From: an uncultured candidatus Porisulfidus sp. | GTDB lineage: Bacteria; Pseudomonadota; Gammaproteobacteria; Poriferisulfidales; Poriferisulfidaceae | Length of the DNA: 64,000 nucleotides | Reading direction: 5' to 3' | Assembly: GCA_965116025.1 (NCBI GenBank) | Contig: OZ220480.1 | Location: 736,001 to 800,000, forward strand | In this document: in pieces, positions 41,833 to 54,249 of the stretch | Layout: each line of letters opens with the position of its first letter | Numbering within the stretch: position 1 is the stretch's first letter | Notes under the pieces: model-generated | What the model was told of the DNA's origin: nothing | Database searches by the model: none | The model's input: only the letters and a program-made list of their open reading frames with translations | Translations under genes and position numbers: made by a program

Positions 41833-42067
41833 TTTGACGTCTTCACTCGGCGGTGTTTCCGAAATGGACGCGAGCGCGTCTTCCCGTCGACGAGCTTGCC
41901 GAAGACTGGCTGGGTGGTGAAGTAGAGATCGGCCAATACTTGTCGCTACGTCGCGATCCGGTCCATCTTGGAAGGCGGGCTGATGGTGGGGGTGATGCCG
42001 CTCGGTTAGATGGAACTGGCGATCCAAACCGCTGACCACCGCGTGCGCTGGATGGCGATATCGCGAG

Positions 42068-43378
42068 TCAGCTCGATCCGTTCCCGCCCGCCGGTTTCCC
42101 TCGGCGCGCGGTGGCGCTAAGCAGAGTGGAGATGTTCACCGAAAGCGCTGACAGATGAGACAGGGCGACAGCCATTCTGGATTCCAACGTCGCCAACGGA
42201 TCCTCTTCCTCCGTGAAATCTTCCACTCCCTGGTCCACGTCCCATTCACGCGCGAAACGGACCGCTTCCGAAGGGCTCATCATCCATTGCGCGTTCTCGT
42301 CCGACATCTCTGGATGCGCCATGTTGGTCAGATACGCTTGGCAATGGTAGGCTGGCTTCCCGTTTTTTGCTGGCAATTCATCGATTCCGATTCCAAATTC
42401 GCCTGGCAGACCGCGTCGGGTTCCGATAATGAGCGTTCTTCGCGACCCCCCCGGAACCGGAGCATCCAAGGGCGCGCATTCGAGGTTTGAATCCGGGTCC
42501 GATACTGGCGACCACAGCGCGTCTGGAGTCTTCGCTATCGCCGCGCGCGATTCCGCGCTCAGTCGCGTTTTGGTCACGAAGCCGATCACGCCAAGTCGGC
42601 GCAGCTCTTCTGAGCGCGATTCCGGGTCGTCGCAGAAACTGCCCGTTTCCTCCTGAAAGATCGCGCTGTCTAAATAGACGCGCACGCGCTTGATTTCGGG
42701 GGGTATGTGAGACAGCATGCGCTCCAGAAGCCGTTTTCCACGTTCCTCAATCGGATTTCCATCTCTCAGCATATCCAGGCCGACCGTGGTCCCGAACTCC
42801 GAACAGAACGCGGTCAGTGGCCGGGTATCGGTCTCGCCGCGGTTAGCCAGCGAGTCCCCACGCTGGTTTGGCGACGCGCCCATCGCGTTCAGGCTGAGCG
42901 TCAACTCTTCCAGCTCCGCCTTCTCGATTAGGAACGAGGTCAAGCGCCACGACGCGCCCTCAAATATTCGTGGGCTCGGCGCGGAGCTCGATCCATCCGA
43001 ATCTTCCCGAAAAGAGCTCAGCCACTCGTCCAGGGCGATCATGGACGGAAAGGTGCGCCGGCGTTTGCCCCGAAAGCGAGCTGCCAGCTCCTTTTTCGTT
43101 ATTCCCAGAATATCCGGTTCGCGCTCGCGAATCAGCCGGCACAGGGGACGGTCCGCCTCCAGCGTTTCTATATCCGTGATATCGTCCTTCTCGAACGCGT
43201 CCGGAAGCAACACGGACAGCGCCATTTGCCCGCAGGTCCAGCCTTTCTCGCCCACTGGCATGTCATGCAGGACTTTCGCCTCGCACAGGAGGTCCAGCCA
43301 TAGGGTGAATTTCATGTCGAGAGTGAACTCGCTTAAATCCGGGTCGCCCCGCACTTGGAACGGACTGGAAAAATTCAT
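42068..43378 (-). mobile_element. IS1380-family transposase-derived ORF, open but catalytically degenerate
   Basis: GWTCGQM, ELAARFRGKRRRTFPS, LRDGN, VRVYLDSA, GVIGF; the usual TLDxDAT motif reads TLSLNAM; N-terminus is paralogous to the 23637 ORF. Confidence 0.65.
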
Positions 43379-43823
43379 GCTAACGAGGCTCCAATGAGGT
43401 TTTCGCGGCGCGTCTTTCGCTTCAATCGGATGAATATCAACTAGAATCGCCCGACTACCCAAGGCGAAACCGCCATACGCCATGCCGCCGGACATGGTTG
43501 ATTCTTCCTGCCCATCATAGTACACCCGCTCGCGTTCTCGGATTCCCATGCGCCAAATTCCCGTGTTCGAAGCGCTAGTTGGACACCAAAATTCGTGTCA
43601 ACGGACCAACGATTTCAGGCTTCATATCCGAAGATGCCGCCCTAAACTGCCCAAGGCCTGAAGTCCTTGAATTGAATGATTCGGTGAACATCATCCTTGC
43701 TCGCTACGCTCAATTTTCAATGATGGGCGAGAGTGAATCTTCTAACCCGCATTAGAGTTGAAAGCGGTGGGAGCGCGGGACATGCTGTAAGATTTTCTGT
43801 CCCAAAACGCGCAGGAGGCTCTA

Positions 43824-44367
43824 ATGCCTGAAATTTCGGTCAAGCAACCCACTTTCAACCGTCTCAAGCGCCATGCCGAACCGATTGAAGACACGGGGGA
43901 AAGACGTAATCAATCGCGCCTTGGACGCGTTGGAGCGTGAGAGCGCGCGGGCGGATCCAGAGAAGGTCATGCCGACCGTGGGACACCAGATTGATCCCCA
44001 GGCGTTGCCAGATCTGACGCACACGAAGGTTCTGATCGCAACGGTCGCGGGCCAAAGCGTGGGCAAACCGAAATGGAAAAAGCTACTGAGAACGATGCTG
44101 GCCCACGCCATCAAGCGGGGTTCGGATATCGACCGGCTAAAGGAGGTCAGCCACGCCATGGTTCAAGGCCGAAAGGAAGATGATGGATACCTGTATTGCG
44201 AAGAAATGGGCATCTCGCTCCGGCCATTGAACGCCAATGCTTCCTGCCGAACGCTGGTGGCGGTCGCCAAGAGTCTCGGGACTGGGCTTGAGGTCGCGTT
44301 TATGTGGGGCTCCGAAGAAGGTGTTGCTCGCCCGGGCGAGATAGGCTGGTTTCGCTTGGGTGAATAG
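43824..44367 (+). pseudogene. SepA/SeqA-N-like small protein with a +1 frameshift at GGGGGAAA (43895..43902)
   Basis: AGGAGG RBS, ATG 43824 MPEISVKQPTFNRLKRHAEPIEDTG, continuing in another frame as DVINRALDALE..PDLTHTKV..KPKWKKLL. Confidence 0.55.
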
Positions 44368-44521
44368 TCGTTGACGGGCCGTTGGCTTGGGTGAGACGGC
44401 GCGTCTCCTCGGGCACGGTTTCCGTGCGGAGACACCGTCGAGACTCCCCCGGATGTCGTTGAATGGCTTCAGGCTATTTCGCGATATTGCTCACTCCATT
44501 ATTCTAAAGAGGGACATTCCG

Positions 44522-45286
44522 ATGATTCAAGACGTTCGGACGCTTCTGGATCAATACCGGGTTTGGCTGAAAGACAGAACCGGTCTCCGAGAAATTGATG
44601 GCTGGGTAGAGATCACCACGCCCTATCTCGATCACCACAATGACTATCTCCAGGTTTACGTCAAGCGCGCGCGAGACGGCTTTGCGCTGACGGACAAAGG
44701 GTATGTTCTGGAAGACCTCAAGATGTCTGGATGCGAGATAGACAGTCCAAAGCGGAAGGCGCTTATCAGAATGACGCTAAATGGATTTGGCGTGCTGTTG
44801 AATGGACAGGCGCTGGAAGTCAAGGCGTCAGTGGACGACTTCGCGTTGCGGAAGCATAATCTCGTTCAGGCGATGCTCGCGGTCAACGACCTTTTTCATC
44901 CGTCCGCGTCCTTGACCACGAGCTTGTTTCACGAGGACGTGACGGCTTGGCTCGATCTTTCCCGAATCCGCTACACACCAAGCGTCAAGTTCACGGGCAA
45001 GAGCGGTTACGATCATCGCTTCGACTTCGTTATACCAAAGTCGGAGTCCGAGCCCGAACGCGTGCTACGAGTGATCAATCGCCCAAATCGCGACGCGGCG
45101 CAGGCGATGGTGTTCGCGTGGATAGAGACCAAGGAGGCGCGTCCAGCCGAGACCCGAGCTTACGCGCTGTTGAACGACTCCGAGAAAACCGTCTCCGAGA
45201 GCGTGCGGAACGCGATGCGCAGCTATCAGGTGGATCCGATTCTATGGTCGCGACGCGACGATGCCGTAAACGCTCTGATCGCGTGA
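44522..45286 (+). CDS. DUF1828/DUF1829 family protein
   Basis: EITTPYLDHHNDYLQVY, LTDKGY, HNLVQAMLAVNDLF, TGKSGYDHRFDFVIP. Confidence 0.8.
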   Translation: MIQDVRTLLDQYRVWLKDRTGLREIDGWVEITTPYLDHHNDYLQVYVKRARDGFALTDKGYVLEDLKMSGCEIDSPKRKALIRMTLNGFGVLLNGQALEVKASVDDFALRKHNLVQAMLAVNDLFHPSASLTTSLFHEDVTAWLDLSRIRYTPSVKFTGKSGYDHRFDFVIPKSESEPERVLRVINRPNRDAAQAMVFAWIETKEARPAETRAYALLNDSEKTVSESVRNAMRSYQVDPILWSRRDDAVNALIA

Positions 45287-45400
45287 TCCGCCTTTTTCAA
45301 GGCTTTGTGGTTGGGCCCACGTAGCTTTCTTCCAAGCAACCAAGGGTCCGTCTGCCTGACGCTGATTCGTATGCCGCGCGTTCTCTCTCGGTCCTGCTCG

Positions 45401-46585
45401 CTATTCCGCCACCCGTTTCGCGCGCAGCCACCGTGGCCCATCTAAGCGTCCGTCCGCCTGATGGATGAAGAATCTTCGCACCGCCCGGTAGCGGCCCGCC
45501 AGCTCCATCGCCAAGTCGCCCGCTTGCCGGAAGCCTTGCCACCCTCCGCCGAAGCCTAAGCGGAAGCCTTCTAGCAAGCACTGCGTCGCCCGCACCGGGC
45601 CCTTGCGGCGGCGCTCGTACGCTCGGATGGCGCGCATGCTGAGCGAGTGAATCTCGATTTCTTCCTGCAGCACGGCGGCATCCATCAACCCCAGGTTTTG
45701 GCCCAGTCCCGCCAGGGGGTGCACCACGTGCGCCGCGTCGCCCGCTAGCGCGACGCCGTCCGCGCACCAGCGCGGCGCGCAACCCCGGCCCAGTGGAAGC
45801 TTTTTGCGGGGCCCGCGAAGGCTCATCGCGCCCAGGCGTCCTCCCGTTGCCTCCATGAGCGAGATCTCGAATGCTTCCGAACTGGAATCCATCAACTCGT
45901 CGGCCCGGGTCGTCGACCACACCAGCGAATAATGACTGTTGAACAGCGGTAGCAGGGCGATCGGGCCATCCACGGTGAAGCGTTGCCATGCCGTTGGCTC
46001 GCCCGGGCGCTCGGTCTCGATCTCCGCGATGAGTGCCTGCTCTTGATACGGACGATAATCCCATTCAAGGCCAGCTAGCGAGCGGATTCTGGAATCAGCG
46101 CCGTCCGCCGCCACGACCAGGCGAGCGTCCAGTCGCTTCCCGGATTCCAGGGTCAAGGTGATGCCGGAGGCGTGGCGCTCGATCCGGGCGGCCGAGTCCG
46201 GATTCCGTAAAGTCACTCCGGCCTCTCGCGATGCCTGGTGCAACGCCCGCACCAGGACGGAGTTTTCCACGATATGCCCGAGTTGCGGCCGATTGATGTC
46301 GGATGCCAGAAACTCGATTCCGTCATGGTCGGTCTCTCCCCAAACCCGCATGCGGGTCCAAGGCGCGGTCCGGTCCAAATCCATGCGTCGCCAAGCCCCG
46401 CAGGTTCGGAGGATCTCCTCGGAGGCTGGGGTTAGCGCGAGCGTTCGGATCTCTGGCTCCGGGCCGGGCGCTTTTGGCGGGAGCTCCTGCCGCTCGACCA
46501 GCTCGACCTTCAGCCCGGACCGGGCCAGCAACGCGGCGGTGGCCAGTCCGACCGCGCCGCCGCCGACGACGATGACGTCAGACAT
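45401..46585 (-). CDS. UbiH/UbiF/VisC family FAD-dependent ubiquinone hydroxylase (UbiI-like position)
   Basis: VVGGGAVG, AADGADS, AGDAAHVVHPLAGLGQNLG. Confidence 0.9.
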   Translation of the reverse strand: MSDVIVVGGGAVGLATAALLARSGLKVELVERQELPPKAPGPEPEIRTLALTPASEEILRTCGAWRRMDLDRTAPWTRMRVWGETDHDGIEFLASDINRPQLGHIVENSVLVRALHQASREAGVTLRNPDSAARIERHASGITLTLESGKRLDARLVVAADGADSRIRSLAGLEWDYRPYQEQALIAEIETERPGEPTAWQRFTVDGPIALLPLFNSHYSLVWSTTRADELMDSSSEAFEISLMEATGGRLGAMSLRGPRKKLPLGRGCAPRWCADGVALAGDAAHVVHPLAGLGQNLGLMDAAVLQEEIEIHSLSMRAIRAYERRRKGPVRATQCLLEGFRLGFGGGWQGFRQAGDLAMELAGRYRAVRRFFIHQADGRLDGPRWLRAKRVAE

Positions 46586-47816
46586 AGGCTTTTCCTTCTC
46601 TCTCGGTTTTCAGGGCTAGATCCGCTTGGGGCAGATCGGCCCCCATCCCAAAGCGAACGAGCCGGGTCCGGAAACGCGGCACGCTTTCCAACGCGAACAG
46701 GGTGGCGGCGCGCAGGCCCCGGATCAAGGGGTTTCGCGCCACGAACCCGCGGGCGAGCAGATCCGTGAAGCCAGCCACTCTTCGAGCGTCCTCGTCGCGC
46801 GTGCGCGCGTACCGCTCCAATAGTTGGGGCGCGCCCGGGTCGGTTCCCTCGCGCCGGGCCTCCCCGAGGATTTGGGCCAGCCACGCCGCGTCTCGGACGA
46901 CCAAGTTGAATCCCTGCGCCGCGACCGGGTGAAAGCCGTACGCCGCGTCTCCGATCAGGATGCCGCGGTCGCCCACCCGTCGCTGAACTCTCCGGAACGT
47001 CAGGTCATAAAAGTTTCGGGGGCCCGCCCCCTCGACTTGTCCCGCTCGCGTCCCCAGCGCCCGTCGCAGCTCTTGGAGGAATCTGTCGTCCGGCCAGACC
47101 CGGGCCCTCCGGGCCGTCTCTCGAGGCAGGGCCCATACCAAGGCTCTCCGGCCCGAGGGGTGGGGCAACAGGGCCAGAGGCCCGTCGTCCGTGAAGCGTT
47201 CGTATGCCCAGCCGTCCGCCGCGCGGTCCATCTCCACCTCGGCCACGATCGCGCTTTGGTCGTAATCCACTTCTTCCGCGCGCAATCCCAGCGCGTCGCG
47301 CAGGGTCGATCTGGCTCCGTCCGCCGCGATCAGCAAGCGGGCGCTCACGACTTTCCGCGCGTCATCCCGCTGGATTTCCAGCTCGACGCGACCGCTCCGG
47401 GACTCGACTCGCTCGACGGAGGTTTGGGTCAGGAACGCGCAATTTGGAGATCCATCGACCGCCTCGCGCAGGATCTTCGCCAGGACTCCCGCGGGGACCA
47501 CATAGCCCAAGGCTGGCAATCCCTCATCGCTAGCGCGCAGGCGGGTCGATCCGAAAGCGCCGCGCTGGGAGACGTCGATGCGCGTCACCCGCGCGCATTC
47601 GGGCGCGAGTCTCTCCCACGCCCCGATGGCGTCGAGGATGCGGCGGGAGCTTTCGGACAGGGCCAGGCCGCGCGGATCGGACAGGGCCGCCCGTCCGTCG
47701 CCGCGCTCCAGGATCGAGATTCTCCAGCCGGAAGAGCTCAACAAAACGGCCTGCGCCAGCCCGGCCAGTCCTCCGCCGGCAATGATCAGCTCGGGGTCGG
47801 GTCCCGTTTCGCTCAT
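46578..47816 (-). CDS. ubiH: 2-octaprenyl-6-methoxyphenol hydroxylase UbiH-like
   Basis: ATG 47816; IAGGGLAG, AYERFTDDGPLALLP, HPVAAQGFNL; follows pepP. Confidence 0.85.
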   Translation of the reverse strand: MSETGPDPELIIAGGGLAGLAQAVLLSSSGWRISILERGDGRAALSDPRGLALSESSRRILDAIGAWERLAPECARVTRIDVSQRGAFGSTRLRASDEGLPALGYVVPAGVLAKILREAVDGSPNCAFLTQTSVERVESRSGRVELEIQRDDARKVVSARLLIAADGARSTLRDALGLRAEEVDYDQSAIVAEVEMDRAADGWAYERFTDDGPLALLPHPSGRRALVWALPRETARRARVWPDDRFLQELRRALGTRAGQVEGAGPRNFYDLTFRRVQRRVGDRGILIGDAAYGFHPVAAQGFNLVVRDAAWLAQILGEARREGTDPGAPQLLERYARTRDEDARRVAGFTDLLARGFVARNPLIRGLRAATLFALESVPRFRTRLVRFGMGADLPQADLALKTEREGKAYV

Positions 47817-49125
47817 GACGCCTCTGACCCCACGAGACGGCAGATCTCGTCTGGATCGGTCGGCAGGTCCGCGCTCAGCACGTCGGGCCCGTGGCGGGTC
47901 ACGGCCACGTCGTCCTCGATGCGCACTCCGATGCCGTGGAATCGTTTCGGCACGCCTTTGGCGCCGGGGCGGAAATACAGCCCGGGCTCGACCGTGGTCA
48001 CCATGCCGGGTCGCAGGGTTCGCCAGTTGCCATTGACGCGGTACTCGCCGACGTCGTGCACGTCCATGCCCAGCCAGTGGGCGGTCCCGTGCATGAAGAA
48101 GGGTTTGTACGCCTCTTTTTTCCATAAAGTTGGCCATCGTCCCTTCAGCACGCCCAGATGCGTCAGCCCTCGGGTCAGAACCCGGGTCGCCGCGTGGTGA
48201 ATCTCGTTCCAAGGGTTGCCGGGCGCGCATTGATCGATGGCGGCCCGTTGCGCTTCCAGGACCAGCTCGTAGATCTCCCGTTGCGCGGGCGTGAACTGGC
48301 CGTTCACCGGCCAGGTGCGGGTGATGTCGCTAGCGTAGCCGGCGAGCATGCCGCCGCTGTCGATCAGCGCCAGGTCGCCTTCCTCAGTCCGGCGGGAGTT
48401 CTCGGAATAATGGAGCGTGCATGCGTTGGGGCCCGAGGCCACGATATCAGGGTAGGCGAACCGCATGCCGTGGCGCCGGGTCTCGTACCTCAGCTCGGCC
48501 TCTAGCTCATATTCGTGAAGCCCAGGCCGGGCTTTCGCCATGGCGCGCCGGTGCGCCCCGCCCGTGATCACGGCCGCCCGGCGCATCAGCGCGATCTCGC
48601 TTCGGCTTTTGCATAGCCGCATCTCATGGATGTCGCGGTCCAGCAACCGACATTCTTCTGGAGGGCGATGCCCGGAGCGGCTCCCCAAACGCAACTGGTC
48701 GATCCAGCGAGCGATCCGTCCGTCGAGCTCCCGGTGCCGCCCCAGCGCGTAGCACAAGGTTTTCCGCCCTTTCAGCAGGTCCGGGATCATGTCGTCCAGC
48801 CGGCCGAGCGGATAGGCGGCGTCCGCGCCGTACCGCGCGCGGGCCTCTTCCGGTCCCGCGCGCGCGCCCTCCCATCGCTCGCGAGAGGGGTCGCGCTTTT
48901 GGCAGAACATCAGAAACTCTCCGTCCGGGCGCCCCGGAAGCAACGCCGCGATGGCGCTTGGCTCGGGGAAGCCGGTTAGGTAGAGGAAGTCGCTGTCCTG
49001 GCGGTACGGCCAGTCGACGTCGCGGCTTTGGACGCGGGTCGGGGCCGAGGGGATCAGCGCCACCGCGCTCGGTCCGATCCGCCGCATGAGTTTCTTGCGC
49101 CGCCGCGCGTATTCGGCTTCGGAAA

Positions 49126-49129
<4 letters not shown>
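47813..49129 (-). CDS. pepP: Xaa-Pro aminopeptidase
   Basis: YRQDSDFLYLTGFPEP, YASDITRT, HGTAHWLGMDVHDVG, TVEPGLY, GVRIEDD. Confidence 0.96.
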
Positions 49130-51274
<2,145 letters not shown>

Positions 51275-51354
51275 TTATAAAAGGGATCGCGCGCCAGCGC
51301 GCCGCGAATTCCGACGTTCGCCCGCGGGGGGCTGGCGCCAAGGCGCCCCTGAGG

Positions 51355-51627
51355 TCAGGCCGGAGGCTGGGCCGCCGGGTTAATCGACACGTAGGTGCGA
51401 CTCTCGCGCCCGCGCGAGCGGAACTCCACGACGCCGTCCACTTTGGCGAACAGGGTGTGGTCGCGTCCGCATCCCACGAAGGGCCCGGGCCGGCAACGGG
51501 TGCCGCGCTGCCGAATCAGGATGGTTCCGGCGCGAACGCGCTCCCCGCCGAATCGCTTCACGCCGAGTCGCTTGGACTCGGAGTCGCGTCCGTTTCGGGA
51601 ACTGCCGCCGGATTTCTTGTGCGCCAT
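51355..51627 (-). CDS. rpmA: 50S ribosomal protein L27
   Basis: [24 protein letters not shown]. Confidence 0.98.
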   Translation of the reverse strand: MAHKKSGGSSRNGRDSESKRLGVKRFGGERVRAGTILIRQRGTRCRPGPFVGCGRDHTLFAKVDGVVEFRSRGRESRTYVSINPAAQPPA

Positions 51628-51634
51628 CCTCGCC

Positions 51635-51946
51635 TCAGACCTTGATGTCCTGGATCTCGAGCTCGGTCCAATTCTGTCGGTGCCCAGTGCGGGTTCGGGA
51701 GTTTTTCCGTCGCCGGAACTTGACCACCCGAATCTTCGGGGACCGGCCGTGGCGCGTCACTTGGGCGGCGACGCGTCCTCCCTCCACGAGCGGCGCGCCG
51801 ACATGGGCGCTCCCGTCGTCCGACACCAGCAGGACGCGGTCGAATTCGACCCGCTCGCCTGGCTCGCGCGCGAGCCGCTCCACTCGAATGATATCGCCGG
51901 GTTGGACGCGATACTGCTTTCCGCCTGTTTCAATGACCGCGCGCAT
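51635..51946 (-). CDS. rplU: 50S ribosomal protein L21
   Basis: [16 protein letters not shown]. Confidence 0.98.
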   Translation of the reverse strand: MRAVIETGGKQYRVQPGDIIRVERLAREPGERVEFDRVLLVSDDGSAHVGAPLVEGGRVAAQVTRHGRSPKIRVVKFRRRKNSRTRTGHRQNWTELEIQDIKV

Positions 51947-52017
51947 ATGGTTTCGTGGGGACCGTCGGGGGCGCGTATTCTAGCCAAATCCGGGGAGAAT
52001 GGCAAACGCGACCGCGC

Positions 52018-53157
52018 TTAGGCGATGAAGATGAAATCGAAGTCGTCGACGGTCAGGTCGCCCGCGTTGAAATCCTTCAACGTGATGGTGTCTCCCTCAT
52101 CGCCATAGCCGACGACCGTGTCCTTGCCTTTTTGCGAGATTCTCAATTTCCCGAAAGCGTCCTCGTCCAAGAGGTCCGGATCGTCAAAGAGGGGGGCTGG
52201 ACCGTCGAGGTGGAGTTGGATGATATCTCCACGACCAGATTCCCGGGCCGCCAAGAAAGCTTCGTACGTAGGGAGATAGTCACTGCTTCCGCTAAAGCCG
52301 AAGCCAAAGTCATTGATGACGTCGTTCCCATCGCCCTCGCGAAACACGAAGGTCTCGGCGCCCCAGCCACTTTCCATGACATCGTTGCCTTTGCCGCCAT
52401 TCATGATGTCGTCGCCCCAGCTGCTTTCCAGGATGTCGTTGCCCTTTCCGCCGTTCAGGGTGTCGTCGCCCCAGCCGCCTTCCAGGATGTCCTGACCCTT
52501 CCCGCCATACAGCGTGTCGTCGCCCCAACTGCCATCCAGGATGTCCTGGCCCTTCCCGCCATACAGCGTGTCGTCGCCCCAACTGCCATCCAGGATGTCC
52601 TGGCCCTTCCCGCCGCGCAGCGTGTCGTCGCCCCAGCCGCCGTTCAGGGTGTCGTTTCCATTATGTCCTTGCAGAACGCTGTCGCTCCAGCCAGCTACCA
52701 GCACGTCGTGGCCATTTCCGCCGGTCAACTCGCCATCGCCTTCCCGAACGACGCCGCCCCCCGTCTCCGCGACGGTCTCAACAAAATGAAAGTCCTCCGC
52801 CGTCAGGAGGTGATTCCCGTTCTCGTCGATCAGGTCCGCGACGTCGCGCAGGATGATCTTGTTGCCGCTGTCGTCCCACCGAATCGTGATGACGCTTTCC
52901 GAAGCGTCCACATCGAAGCGCAGGTCGTCGAACGTCCCGTCGAGTTGCGTGAACCGAATCATGTCGCCTTTCTCGAAGTCGAGGATGGTGTCGACGCCGT
53001 TCCCCCGGTCCGTCTGGAATATGAAGAGGTCCTTCTTATCGGTGGCCTGATGCGTCTCGTTCCAGTACTGAAGCTCCGGGTTCGCGTAGAGGCGCTCAAG
53101 CGTGTAAGGCGAATAGTTTTCGCTGGTGGCTTTTTCGCGGTCTCGGAATATCGCCAT
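52018..53157 (-). CDS. RTX-type calcium-binding repeat protein (probable type I secretion substrate)
   Basis: GGxGxD nonapeptides (GGKGQDILD/GSWGDDTLY), FVFREGDGNDVINDF, C-terminal LTVDDFDF; GAGGAG RBS. Confidence 0.88.
   Translation of the reverse strand: MAIFRDREKATSENYSPYTLERLYANPELQYWNETHQATDKKDLFIFQTDRGNGVDTILDFEKGDMIRFTQLDGTFDDLRFDVDASESVITIRWDDSGNKIILRDVADLIDENGNHLLTAEDFHFVETVAETGGGVVREGDGELTGGNGHDVLVAGWSDSVLQGHNGNDTLNGGWGDDTLRGGKGQDILDGSWGDDTLYGGKGQDILDGSWGDDTLYGGKGQDILEGGWGDDTLNGGKGNDILESSWGDDIMNGGKGNDVMESGWGAETFVFREGDGNDVINDFGFGFSGSSDYLPTYEAFLAARESGRGDIIQLHLDGPAPLFDDPDLLDEDAFGKLRISQKGKDTVVGYGDEGDTITLKDFNAGDLTVDDFDFIFIA
52350..52660 (-). repeat. 54-bp (18-aa) tandem repeats encoding RTX nonapeptide pairs
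   Basis: Near-identical units such as GTGTCGTCGCCCCAACTGCCATCCAGGATGTCCTGGCCCTTCCCGCC repeated with 54-bp period. Confidence 0.85.
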
Positions 53158-53201
53158 GATTTTTCTCCTCGCTGGTGGTGGATCGATCTCTGATGGCTCC
53201 G

Positions 53202-53228
53202 AGTATACCCCCCCCCCCCCCCTGTCAA
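53202..53228 (-). promoter_or_regulatory. sigma70 promoter with a pure poly-G spacer: TTGACA-G15-TATACT, upstream of the RTX gene
   Basis: -35 at 53223..53228 and -10 at 53202..53207 bracket the C15 run at 53208..53222. Confidence 0.85.
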
Positions 53229-53346
53229 GTCAAGTCAGGCGGCTTCGCGCGGTCCTGGACGCCGTGGCGAAATCTCGCCTGAGCGACCTTCGGGGGAAGC
53301 CTCGCGCGCTCTTTATAATGAGGCCGTTCGCGTGGTATGGAAACCG

Positions 53347-54237
53347 ATGTTCAACAGTCTGTTTCTCGATGATGTCGCTGGCAACAAGAACGAGCGCCAG
53401 CAACTCGACCACCTCCTAACGATCACGGCGCCGCACGAGCGCGTCATCCTGGCGGGCATTGGCGCGATTTTGCTGGCGCTCGCGGCGTGGGCGCTGTTCG
53501 GCGCCGTCGCGCGCGACGTCACGGTCACCGGGGTTTTGCTCAAGCCCGGGGAGCGCCACGAGATCGTCTCGACCGAGCCAGGGCGCCTGGTGAGATTTCT
53601 GGTCGCGCCCGGGGACGTAGTGGAGCAGGGAGGGGCGCTCGCCCGCCAGACCGTGCCGGAACTGGAGCGCGAGGTGGCCGCCTTGCGCGACCAGGTCGAT
53701 ATGCTGGAGACGAGGGCTAGGCGGGTTGATGGCGACGACGCTCATTCGGCGCTGGCGGCGGCTCGGGAAGCGTTGTTTCGAATGGAGGCGCGGCGCGGCG
53801 CGAGAGAGACGATCGTCAGCCATTTCAGCGGCGAGGTCATGGCCTTGAGCGCGGCTCCGGGAGACTATCTGCCCGCTGGGTCGGTCGTCGCGCGGATTCG
53901 CGAGCGCGAGGCCGACGAGTCGCTTCAGGTGGCGTTGCTGGTCGACTCGCGCGTCGCGAGACGTCTCCAGGCCGGGATGCCGGCCCGAGTTGAGGTGGTG
54001 ACAGCGGGCGGAGAAACGCGCGAGGTGGAAGGAGAGGTCGAATCCATGATTTCTGATCCTCCGCCAAGATGGCTGTCCGAATTTCTGTCCGCGGACGAGG
54101 GTCTCGCGCATCGCGTCAATATCGCGCTCCGCCCCGATTCGAACGGCCTGGACGCGCCGGATGGCGCTCCGTGCCGCGCGCGGGTCGCGTTCGACCAGCA
54201 CCCGCTCGTCGCTTTCTTCGATCCTGAACGGCTCTGA
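53347..54237 (+). CDS. NHLP bacteriocin system secretion protein (HlyD-like adaptor)
   Basis: ERQQLDHLLTITAP..WALFGAV..VTGVLL is typical of NHLM secretion proteins; TATAAT at 53314. Confidence 0.85.
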   Translation: MFNSLFLDDVAGNKNERQQLDHLLTITAPHERVILAGIGAILLALAAWALFGAVARDVTVTGVLLKPGERHEIVSTEPGRLVRFLVAPGDVVEQGGALARQTVPELEREVAALRDQVDMLETRARRVDGDDAHSALAAAREALFRMEARRGARETIVSHFSGEVMALSAAPGDYLPAGSVVARIREREADESLQVALLVDSRVARRLQAGMPARVEVVTAGGETREVEGEVESMISDPPPRWLSEFLSADEGLAHRVNIALRPDSNGLDAPDGAPCRARVAFDQHPLVAFFDPERL

Positions 54238-54249
54238 TGGCCGTCTTGA

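Noticed and set aside
41833-42067. Small ORFs after the putative restriction endonuclease
   Set aside because: No RBS or recognisable motif; possibly a gene scar but unsupported.
43579-43665. Short inverted repeats (TTGGACAC..GTGTCAA; TTCAGGC..GCCTGAA) upstream of the IS1380-like ORF
   Set aside because: Too short and imperfect to call IS ends or an operator; no matching partner found at the other end of the ORF.
52350-52660. Regularly spaced repeats resembling a CRISPR array
   Set aside because: These are in-frame 54-bp coding repeats of RTX motifs with no unique spacers and no cas genes.
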